Of a stretch of DNA of 64,000 nucleotides, positions 52,911 through 64,000 are shown piece after piece. The stretch spans positions 81,096,001-81,160,000 of the forward strand of contig NC_043003.1 of assembly GCF_006345805.1 (NCBI RefSeq), in the 5' to 3' direction. Source of the DNA: Octopus sinensis. Taxonomy: Eukaryota. Numbering within the stretch: position 1 is the stretch's first letter; each line of letters opens with the position of its first letter. Under the pieces are notes generated by a model, which did not search any database, was not told where the DNA came from, and saw only the letters and a program-made list of their open reading frames with translations. Made by a program: the position numbers and the translations under genes.

Positions 52911-54471
52911 CACATGCATATAAACCTATTTATCCATGTTACTATGAAGATGAAAGGATACAGTAGAGAAGCTCCAGATTGTATATACTACAATGATTTC
53001 GATAAATACTTTGTAGTAAAAGACGTTGTTGGCCATTCTGCTTAGAATCCCTCCCTATAGATATACGCGTGATGAATAAAGTAAAAGTTTAACTATCTTC
53101 AGCCAATAGTCAAGATTAGTTTAATGTTTGAAAATATCTCGGCTAAGATACAAGTTATGCAAATCAGATATGGCCTCTACGTGAAAAATCTCAGCTGGGG
53201 TATAACTTTATAATCTTCAGATATATTTGAAATTTTGCTGGATGAAAAGTATTGCTATTATAAATAGCATTGCTGGTGTTAAAGCAGTAAGTTGTTAGAA
53301 AGAGTAGAGCACTGAACTGCATGCGTTAACTGATTAAATTTTATAGTGAGTTGAAATATTACTAGAGGTATTTGCATATGATCCAGTCCCTGCTAGGCAT
53401 ACGAGTATCTATAATATAAATGCAATTCAACCTCTCTTTCCTTAAGAATTTTACTTCATTCTATATAATCGGCGCAGTTAAATGAAATGTTTATATTTAA
53501 ATAATTACAAAAGCATCTTTGATATATTCAAATATTCGAATAAATTTATTGTTAAGATATTTGATGTAAATTTAATATCTTTAAAAGGTAAAAAAATAGC
53601 TTGAAGATTAACATTACAGATAGATATATATGTATATATGAAGTATAAATAGGAGACAGCATTCAGATATATTTGTGTATAAATTTTGATCACATCCTTA
53701 GTATGAACATCACCGTTATTGTCATAGTAGAAAATCAAGTGTGACTGGGTAAATATACCTTATTGTACGCTACTTGGGGTAGTAAAATTCTTAGTAAGTA
53801 GTACGACTCACTGTTGCCTACTTTAGTAAATAAAAAATAGTAAAATTCCAAATAATATTACACCGTTTGATTTAATATGTTCGTGTTCTGAGACGATCTG
53901 AACGTTCATTATTTTACACTTAAAACAATCAGATTATTTGAACATAAACTGATTGTGTTATTTCAGCTCTGAAGTATTCTTGCAGTATATACGTAAATAT
54001 GTTTAAATTATGTGCACAAGAAGAAGCACAGGACCACACATATATATGAGTACCATTAGTGAGAATAACCGGTATTCGTTCAGACTGATTGCGCTCTGCG
54101 TTCAGATACATATTTCATACAGCCAAAGTAAAATTTGTATTGCATCAATTCAGGTTCAAATTATAAACTACCAGTGGATCAGGTTATGGAATAAATGATT
54201 CAGTGTGTCTTTCTCTCGGAACTGAGTCAGTAATTCGAAACTCAAGTGTTTTCAATAATGTATTGAATCAGCCTAAGAAGTGCATTAAAGGTGCAACGTC
54301 TATGTCGAATATTCTGAGGCTTATGAACGAATTCCAGAAGGGATTAAATGGGTCAATCAATTGAATGCCGATAGTCGATACTGACGGAGGATTCGTTCAT
54401 ATGTATATATGTATATGTGTATGTATGTCTATATGAATATGTACACGTGTACGCCATGTGTATATGTATAT

Positions 54472-54550
<79 letters not shown>

Positions 54551-54699
54551 TGTGTGTGTGTGTGTGGTTATGTGTATAAGTATATATATATGTGTGTGTG
54601 TGAATGTATATATATATATATATAAATAAGTGCGTATGTATCTGCATATATTACCACAGAAGTAAAAATAGGTATGAATATACATGTGCATATGTGTAT

Positions 54700-54756
<57 letters not shown>

Positions 54757-55381
54757 GTGTGTATCTGTGTGTGAGGGAGCATTTTATTTCGCATTCAGTG
54801 TATACTTAAAATGTAAATATTCATAAGCACCAGAAAGAAAAAAGAAAGAAAATTTGAGGAAAACAAAACATTAACTATTATTGATACATGGCTCTCTAAC
54901 GGAAATAGATTGTGTAAATATTATATGACCAATCAAATATACCATTATACAGACTAGATTCAACTGTTTACTCGAGGACAAACAGTCAAAAATCCATATA
55001 AACATCACAATCTAATTACTAAAAGTACTGATAGATATCTCTCTATATATAAAAAAAAGCTTAAATAAATACGAAGCGAATACTTTTCGTCTTAGTTTTA
55101 AACCGTAGAGATTCAGACAATTGAAAAAAAATACTATTGAATTCTAGCGTGGCTTACTTATTTTAGCAGGTATCTTTCAGACATTACCAGGAATATAGAG
55201 ATGCACGTAACTAATAGATTCTCTTCCACACAGATTACTATGTTTCATTTCTAAGTGTCTTCTATCACAGTCTCTCAGAAAGCAAAAATGCCTACACGTA
55301 TGTGCGTGAGTGTATGCACATATATGTATGCATATACATATATACATACATATATATATATATAGATATAGGTATATATAT

Positions 55382-55433
<52 letters not shown>

Positions 55434-56184
55434 TTGTGTGGGTCTATTGTGTATATGTATGTCTATATGAGCATGGCCATACGTATATATATTTATACGT
55501 ATGAACGTATATACATACCTGTACACAAACACATATATATATATACGTAAATTTATGTATATATATGTATGCGTGTGCATGTATGTGTATAAATGTGCAC
55601 ATGTGTCTGTGTGTATGTATGTATAAGCAAACAGAACGTGCACTTTTATTGGCTAATTTGTAACAACTTTTCGCCAATGTCAAATCACAGCCGAATGATT
55701 TACATTTCGTTAAATTAAGCACACATATTGGATTTCAGCACCGTTCCTGCTTTAATTATGGTGCAGAGAAAAAATACTAATGTATCAAAATACAAGATGA
55801 CACTTATTGAGGAAAAGTTATCATCTCTATGAGAGTTTACTTAAATTCTGAGGAAATTAAGTTCCGGCTAAATATCGAGTAAAATACCTTCAAACAAGTA
55901 AAATATGCACGTAAGTGTGTATACATGTTACACGCACGTACATATTATTTATGCGTATGATATTATATATGTGTGTATATATGTGCTCTGTATACGATAC
56001 TTTTCCTGATGCGATGCAAGTGACGTTAATGATAATAATACATGTAGACGAAGATATGTAGCTGTAATGATATTATACATCACGCTTAGCATCCAAATAT
56101 ACACAAAAGTCTATATGACAAAACACAGGGTACAAAATAATTTAAAAGTTGCTTAAATTTTATCTACCTACCAATGCATCTATC

Positions 56185-56483
56185 TGGAGGCTCAATGACC
56201 CAGTGGATAGGGCAGCGGACATGCGGTAGGCGGATCGCGGTTCCGATTCCCACATCGGCGTTGTGCGTGTTTATTGAACGAAAACACCTAAAGCTCTACG
56301 AGGCTCCAGCAGGGGGGGGGGCGACCCCTGTTGTACTCTTTCACCCCAACTTTCTCTCACTCTTTCTTCCTATTTCTTGAGTAACGCTGCAATGTACTGA
56401 CATCCCGTCCAGCTAGTGGGAACACATACGCCATAGAAACCGGAAAACCGAGCCCATGAGCCTGGCTAGGCTTGAAAAGGGCG
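56185..56483 (+). mobile_element. tRNA-headed SINE family B, tail type 3
   Basis: TGGAGGCTCAATGACCCAGTGG...GGTTCCGATTCCC head shared with the other B copies; distinct tail GTAACGCTGCAATGTACTGACATCCCGTCCAG...CCCATGAGCCTGGCTAGGCT. Confidence 0.85.
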
Positions 56484-57703
56484 AAAAAATGTAACTATCT
56501 ATCTACCTATCTATATATCTCTTCTCTTCTCTCTCTCCTTCTCTCCTTAAATCTGTTTGTTCATAGATAGATAGAGAGATTGATAAATGGATAGCTACAG
56601 AGATAAATAGATAGATAGATGCATAGATTAATGTAATTTAAATGGACTTAAATAGATTTGTATCGCATTATGTATGTATGTAAGTGTATGTATGTGTGTA
56701 TATGTGTGTCTATGTATATATGTATGCATGTATGTATGTACCCTTATAGTATTTCTACATTGCGAGGGTCACAAAATGCCGTGTATACTTACGCTTCTTT
56801 TCTAATTATTTGTGAACCAGTTAACTAATAACAAGAGATCACGTCATAGCGAAATTCTGCACTCTCTATAGAAATACGGTTGACTATTAGATAATATTTG
56901 CAGATAGATGAAAACACTACAAAAAAAAAATTAATCTAGAAACAATGAGAAAGGTAGATAACTTCATCAATATCCTCTAAGCTAAAGTTTTCCTCAGTAG
57001 AGTTGCAGCATGTTTGGCTTTTTAGAGATCTACGATGTGTTTATCGTACAACAGCTTGCATTAGCCGAATATATTTTAGCTCCATCCAGTCCTAGCTGGA
57101 TTTAGGTTTTTGTCGATTTTCTTTTATAGCTGCAACGATAATCTCAGTTAATTCAAGTTTTTTTGCATCTTACTATAAAGCAGATGTTAATCTCTCCTGT
57201 TTAATATAGAACACTGCTTGAAGTATTTTATTTCTATCTCTTCCTTTATGAGAGTTAAAGATTTGTTTTACCATATAACTTTCAGATATTTACAGCCATT
57301 TACTAAACTTCTTCCTGTAGTATTATTAATTGCAGAATGTAAAAGTATGAGTACAATATTTATGTTCAACAGTGTTCTATGTTTTACCCATACATATTGA
57401 TGCAAACATACGTAGAATGTTTGCATACTATAAAAACACAACACGCAGAACGTTATGAAACGAGTGTAATCATATGGATGTCACTTATCCCCCTTGATCA
57501 CATATTGTACATTCACACACACAAGTTTGTGCATGTATATGCGTAAAACTAGCTTCATGTGGCGAACTGTCTGCTTAAGTTTTAATAAATACCGTATATA
57601 CTACAGCATGTATTAAGTGTTCCTTTTTCTTCCCTTTGACTTAAGCAAAGTACGTATAATATTCATAGATGCATGCACACACACACATACTATATATATA
57701 TAT

Positions 57704-57734
<31 letters not shown>

Positions 57735-59079
57735 AGTGTGTGCGTGAGTGTCTGTGTCGCTGTGTCAAAGTGTGTGTGTATATAAGTAGCCATTTTGAAA
57801 ACGGATGACAAATAACCACAATTCACAAAAGATCAGTGAAACAAGGTTTTACTGAATGCATTAGATATACAATAATGCTATATGAATGTAGGCTCACCTG
57901 AATATATTTTTTAATGTATTGCGTCATATTTGCCATTTGTTTAAATTTATACTTTCCTTCTTCAAATCTTTTACAAGCTGAACTATTATACATGGTTCTG
58001 TATAATTTTCTTTCATGTATATAAGTCTGTAATATGTGTAATGCATTATCTTTTGTATTGTGCATATTCAAGTATGTAGCTGTATAAGTATTATTTCACA
58101 GACATGCAAAATCAACAAATTTTTGTCTTACCCTCCCTCTTGAATATACACATCATACATATATATTTAAGTGCGTTTATATTTCAAACATACACAACCA
58201 TACATAGGTTGGTAGACAATAATACACGCTTACATATAACTGTGTGTATATATGCGTCTGCATATGTATAAATGTATATATATATGTATGTATATGTATT
58301 TTTGTCTGTATATCTTAGATCATTTTTTGGTTAAATCATTTCTAAGTTTGAATCGAAATATATATCTTTAATTAAAGATCACGAACAAAATATTGGGTGT
58401 AAAAATATATATTCTCACATGATTTGTTGTTTGTGGTAAAATATTTTAGTTTTCGAATTTTATTTGGAAAGAGAGAAGTAACACTTGATAGGAAATTATA
58501 GGAGGTGTGATTATTATCTGAAAATAGGATATCACATTGGCCCTTTGTATAATATGGCCTGAGGGCTTACCTTGATTTAGTCACATTAACCAGTATATGG
58601 TGTTATTGATAGAGATTTAGATCTGTAATCTAATACATTTCGATACTGTGAAATTTAACGCCACGTACGATACAAAAAGGAGTGCAATATATAAATAAAC
58701 AAAATAATTGAAAAAGATTCGTTCTGTTTTAACTTAATTCGGAAATCGTTTGCGCACTTGGTTATATTTTGTTTCATTTTCGATATATCTATCTTAATAT
58801 AATGACACCAACACACTTTCCATAGGATTCAGCGACGTGTGCCTGAGGATAGGATGTGTGTGATTTCGTGATGTTTTTAATAAATCAGCAAGCGTCATTC
58901 TTTGATATTATTAGACTTGATTAGACAGGATTTCAGATGCACCAATGATTTCTAGTTAGCAGGATTGACGTCCATTAAAGGAAACTTTGAAAGTAGATAA
59001 CAAACATTATTGTCGTTAATGTGAAAAATAGAAAGTGGATACACAAAATTCAGTCGTTATAGTTCAAGGTCACTCCTTG

Positions 59080-59590
59080 TCGAGTAGATCAACACTGGAA
59101 AGCATTTTATAGACTCTTCGCATACAGGATATACTGGATACTATAGCAAACACTTTAGTTTCCAGTATGTCCTATTTCATTGAAGATTCTACAGTGGAAT
59201 ATAATATTTGGCTGCTAGATTTAGTCGCCAAATCATCCTCAGGTATTCTGCCCCTTCAAATTTCAATATGATATTAAGTGCTAATATTAGCAGAAAGTCT
59301 ATATTTGAAAATAAATTATATTTTTCTCAGTTCAGTAAAGTAATTTCTACACTGAATAACATGCAGAAAGTGACCTTCTTCAAAGATCTGGAAATTGAAA
59401 TCAAGAGAATACAGAGTATGAAGACTGAAAGTATGCTGGTAATCATTGGAGCTCTAAGATTAACGAATCACGGAATGGGAATGTTCAAAAATCATATCTC
59501 ATACAACATCAATGCGTATGTATTCCAGAAGATCACTCTACTGGACACAACCAACATACTACAGAGAGCACTGACGATTACCGCGTCTCA
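59080..59590 (+). mobile_element. R4/Dong-like non-LTR element, REL-domain C-terminal remnant (copy 1)
   Basis: KDLEIEI (59382 onward)...VIIGAL...QKITLLDTTNILQRAL matches the C-terminal pattern of RLE-type LINEs. Confidence 0.7.
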
Positions 59591-59644
59591 AATCTTTAAT
59601 ATGAATTCGGCTCCACTGACTACAAAGAAGAAAATACAAAACAA

Positions 59645-59680
<36 letters not shown>

Positions 59681-60299
59681 GTGTTAATTTACTGGTCAAT
59701 ACATTAAAGATAATATAAGAGAATGAAACCCGATATCCAAAAAGTGGGGTGGTTACGTCCTTCAAATCGAAACCGACAACAATAAGGATATAGCAAAACA
59801 TAAAAATAGAATTTAGCAAAAATCTTAACAAGAAAATTTACTTTAATAGCGAGACAACTAGGAGGAGCTTCTGCGTCCCTTTGACCTCCATACAATCCCA
59901 AAAGAAAATCGACACACAATTGTGTATGGAATTTACACGAAACTATATGTAGTGAAAATGGTGAAAAAATTTAAAAGTAAAGCATAAATACATACTACAC
60001 AAAATATGAAGTATGTGAATATATGTTTAATGCAGTTCTGATACAGGAAAGCCTCCAAATAGAACCAGTCAAGATACCGCCCTTTAATTCTTAATGACCT
60101 CCATACAAGTTTTGACGAATTCAGTGACAGCAATCACTTCTCGCTCCATCCTAAATTGTTACTTGAGAACGTCTCAAAGGGTTCGGCTGAAGATGGTGAC
60201 AGTCGTCAATCCATTCAGCCTCGCTCATTTGCCTATCTCTTTCACCATAAACATCTGGGTATTAAAGAAGTGTTGTAGAACGATACAAAAGATTCGGCC

Positions 60300-61020
60300 G
60301 TTAAACGTATCCGTCCTATACCTGAGGATAGCTCTTGACTTGGCACAGGGTTATGACTTCCCCATCAGAATCCACCAAAGGTATATAATGAAGGTGTATA
60401 AATTATGTAACTAGAATATGGGAAGACCTTGAGGTAATAAGTTACCCCATTGTTCTGGTTCACTGTTCTTAGCTTAAAGAGACAAACATACCCATAGATG
60501 ACTGACTTGCGACAGATATGCACTAAAAGTTATTCAAGTACAATGAAATAAGAACAGAAAACCATAGTACAAACATACTCCAGAGAAAGTCTTCGGAAAC
60601 AACAAACGTATCATGCTGTGGTATATGTGATTAAACATAGACATCAAATAAGGCTGAACGACAATATATTGGTTCCTAAGTTCATTAGGAATAGAAATAG
60701 CTTCTAATCAACATGTGTATCTCAAACGAAATTGCTCAAATATAAGTATCTGGAAATAGCTTTAACCCAAACTATAGACCTGGAATCACAATCATCACAA
60801 TAAAACGAGCTTTGGGAACGAAAAAATGAAATACAGTATGAAAGTCCCTGAACTTACGATTCTCCTTATATGTATAGCTTACTGTACAAAGCACAGCTAG
60901 GTACTACGCATATTACACACAATACTTTCAATATAGCAAACTTAATAAAATCAAAGCAAAACAATAATCAAACTCAAGACACAAAGCAGCGCTCGGTATT
61001 GCAGTTATAGCACTCAATAA
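60300..61020 (+). mobile_element. R4/Dong-like non-LTR element, C-terminal remnant (copy 2), followed by (AAT)n
   Basis: Fragmented motifs YKHTPEKV (60568-60591), KYKYLEI (60738-60758) and LGTTHI (60897-60914); (AAT)n at about 61016-61078. Confidence 0.7.
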
Positions 61021-61028
61021 TAATAATG

Positions 61029-61078
<50 letters not shown>

Positions 61079-61623
61079 TTTGCCATAATGCAACCAATGT
61101 TTGGTAATTGGCCTCAATAGTTGGCTGATAGTAATTTTTATGGGCCTCGGAGGTATGAAAAGACCGAAAGATGGTAAATTAGTCTCTTTATTTAATGATA
61201 CGATGATGCAGAATAATTAACTAGCTGGCTGTGATGAAACCTGAGTGTTTGACTAAATTAAATAATTACTTTACTTTACTTCAGTAATATAATTCCCACA
61301 TGGACCATCCTTTTTATTTCATGGAATGATTAGGATAACTATAGTGCACTGTTCATCATAACTTTATACCATGAAGACCAGTTATAAACATTAACTACCG
61401 AAGTTCTACAGTTCTTGTCCGCTTTATTCAGTTGGAGTTGAAGTTTCGTCTGATGATTGATTTCTATGTAATCCTGAAATATACGGCTGCAGTTTTCCGC
61501 TACTTACTCCTTATTTGAAAGTAGGGGTTCGTTTGGTTTGCTCATTATATTCCGTTCTGTTACAAACTATGTGTCGCCTGTATTTAACCCGTACTTTGTA
61601 AATAATCATTTGTTGGTAATATT

Positions 61624-61818
61624 GATTTCCAATTTTGGCAAATTTTGACAGCAAGTTAGTGGAAGGAGTACGTTGATTACCTCTACGATAGTGCTCAACT
61701 GGTTCTCTTATTTATCGATTCTGAAAGGAGTCGACTTCAGTGGAATTTGAAATCAGGGCGTGAAAACGGACGAAGTATTTTTCCCGGCGGAGTAACAATT
61801 CGGCTAAGACGCTGCCTT
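61624..61818 (-). mobile_element. SINE family C, degraded
   Basis: CAACTGG...TTATTTATCGATTCTGAAAGGAGTCGACTTCAGTGGAATTTGAA...ACGGACGAAGTATTTTTCCCGGCG...CTGCCTTA. Confidence 0.6.
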
Positions 61819-63263
61819 ACTTGTAGATAATTTAAACTTTCGTTCACGATTCTTCACATGACCGCCCTACAATGCTTTTCGTAAATTACTGCCTTACTGA
61901 AGCATTACTATCATTGAAATTAAGTTCATCATAAATTTTAATAACGCATTGCTCTTAAATATCGAAGCGAATGTTACTATATCATTCGCTTGCTTTTTAT
62001 AAGAAAATTTCTTTCTTATTGTGAGAAATATAGTTTGGTGACTATCCTGCCACCGAAAGTCGTTCAGCGTTTTTAAATAGTGTCTATTTTACGACCACAT
62101 TGGAAAGCAGTATTCAAGTGAAGCAGTCCAGGTTCGAATTGGAGTGCCATAAGGGCTTGGAGTACATGAATGCCCAGAAGATTATTTTTGCTGCGTTTTC
62201 TTTTTGGAACCATTGTTTTCTTCTTCTATTGGGACTTTTTATTGAACTGCTTGTTTTTTATTTCTTTCTTCTTCCCTTTTGTTTTCTTTTGAATTCTCTC
62301 TTTCCTTTTTTGTGAATTATTGCTTTGGACATGGCAAAAAAACAAAAATACGGATAAGATTGTTGTGTGGGAGATTGTCCCACCGAAGCAGTGGTTAAAA
62401 GATATGGAGGGGAGGATGGTATTGGTCAGGAAGAAAAGAAAGAAAAAGGGTCATTGCAGGTGGGAGATGATGTGCTGTCTGCATGTCCCGAAGTTGTGCC
62501 ACTTACGGTGGAAGAAACGACTCCCATCCTTAAAGATGATGAGTTAATTATCTTTTTCTACGAGGGCGGGGTGGTGGAAAAATAGTAGAACATAGACAGT
62601 AGATATGTCCTTCACACAGGATGCCGAATGGCCGCCGCAGATAACTGTGGAGGTCATAAGGTTTCCCTTGTGGAGGAGGCTTAAAGGATATGGGAAGGAG
62701 TGTCGCATATGGGCGGGTGGCCCTTACACGACTTACACGTTCTACATGAGTGAGGCACAGGAAATGGCGGGATACAGGAACTCAAGCGGCATTGAAGATA
62801 ATGTTGGATATATTGATGGATATATCGATGAGTAGGAGATGAAAAAACCTCGTTAGAGGGTTTGAAAACTAATCTTATTGTATTATTTGTAATGGTTTAT
62901 AACCACAATTGTGTGTTTAAGAAAACATGTTTAGAGGTTTAGTGCCTCCATCTCGTAAGAGGTTTGAAACCTCATATTGAAAATATGTTTTCGAGAAAAA
63001 TCCAATCGGCGGGTGTTTGGTTTCGTCTCACATTTATTCATTTTATTTCATTTTCATTAATGTCTTTGTCCAGCCCGCAAAGCTACCCAATCTTTGTACT
63101 GCCTTTATGGCAAATTTGATAAAATAAAATATCTATGTAATGTAATTTTTCTGAATCTTCAGAATTTTCAGTATGCTAGACCACTGGTTAAACTTGCTAT
63201 TAATCAAATTAATACTCAATTTTTCACCCTTATTTTAAAAATTTACATAAACAAGTAAAAGAA

Positions 63264-63497
63264 TATATATATATGTGTGTGTGTGTGTGTTTGTGTATGT
63301 GTCCTTTCACCACCGCTTCACGACTAGTGTTGGTGCGTTTACATCCTTGTAACTTAGCGGGTCTGTGATAGGGACCGATTGAATAAGTACCAGGCTTAAA
63401 AAATGTACTGGTGTTGATTCATTCGACTAAAAAGGTTTTGTAGGCAGTTCCTTTGCATGGCCGCAGTCTGATAACAGAGACAATTAAAAGATGAAAG
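63264..63497 (+). mobile_element. SINE family A-like 3' half
   Basis: GTAACTTAGCGG...ACCGATTGAATAAGTACCAGGCTT...ATTCGACTAAAA...GCATGGCCGCAGTC. Confidence 0.7.
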
Positions 63498-63716
63498 CTA
63501 TTAAAATTATATTTAAGAATCTATTAACCGACTCTATTTCTCCCCTACAAATACTTCTGTAGCACAAATTGAACGGCCGCTTCAAAGAAATCCGTATAGA
63601 GAAGCACCACTTTCTCTCCGAAAATTAAACCATGTCATATATCCGAGGCACAACACCGGAGGTAAAATTAACTCTGCTCCCGAGGTTTTATTTTATTTCA
63701 GTTACTGCTAACAACT

Positions 63717-64000
63717 GGCGAAGTGTTATGGCTCAGTGGTTAGAGCGTAGAGCTTACGATCGTGAGGTTGTGAGTTCGATTCTCCGACTTGGGTGTGTGT
63801 TGTGTTTTGAGCAAGACACTATATTTCACGTTGCTCCAGTTCAGTCAGCTGTAGAAATGAGTTGCGACATCACTGGTGCCAAGCTGTATCGGCCTTTGCC
63901 TTTCCCTCGGATAACATCAGTGGTGTGGAGAGGGGAAGCTGGTGTGCATGGGCGACTGCTAGCCTTCCACGAACAATTTTGCCCTGATTTGTGCCTCGGA
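63717..64000 (+). mobile_element. tRNA-headed CORE-like SINE (family D), running off the window end
   Basis: A-box TGGCTCAGTGG, B-box GAGTTCGATTC, CORE-like TTGAGCAAGACACTATATTTCACGTTGCTCCAGTTCAGTCAGCTGTAGAAATG. Confidence 0.8.

Overview
This is a 64-kb, very AT-rich, microsatellite-dense animal genomic window with one 100-N assembly gap (21293-21392). The repeat repertoire looks like an Octopus-type (coleoid cephalopod) genome; that is an inference from the SINE families and the TA/GATA/TATG tracts, not a database result. I could not confidently identify any host protein-coding exon, so the window reads as intergenic or as a very large intron. Most ORF-track entries are translated microsatellites. 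Recognisable content: (i) about 30 copies or fragments of five tRNA-headed SINE families, labelled A-E here; (ii) non-LTR retrotransposon remnants: three RTE-clade, one L1/Tx1-clade and two R4/Dong-like REL C-termini; (iii) a mariner transposase fragment, a Helentron-type non-autonomous element and a 358-bp foldback. Highlights: (1) a Tx1-like LINE sits inside a (GATA)n array with an 18-bp TSD, and its last 44 nt match the 3' tail of a SINE subfamily in the same window at 34/44, a candidate SINE-Tx1 partnership; (2) an internally deleted RTE, with the endonuclease N-terminus fused in frame to the C-terminal zinc finger, is nested in a SINE with a 13-bp TSD and carries a degenerate HDV-like ribozyme fold at its 5' end; (3) a tRNA-headed element carries a Penelope-type hammerhead-like motif; (4) one SINE head is joined to three different tails; (5) the foldback has 162-bp arms at 93% identity. 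All alignments and folds were done by eye and need computational confirmation.
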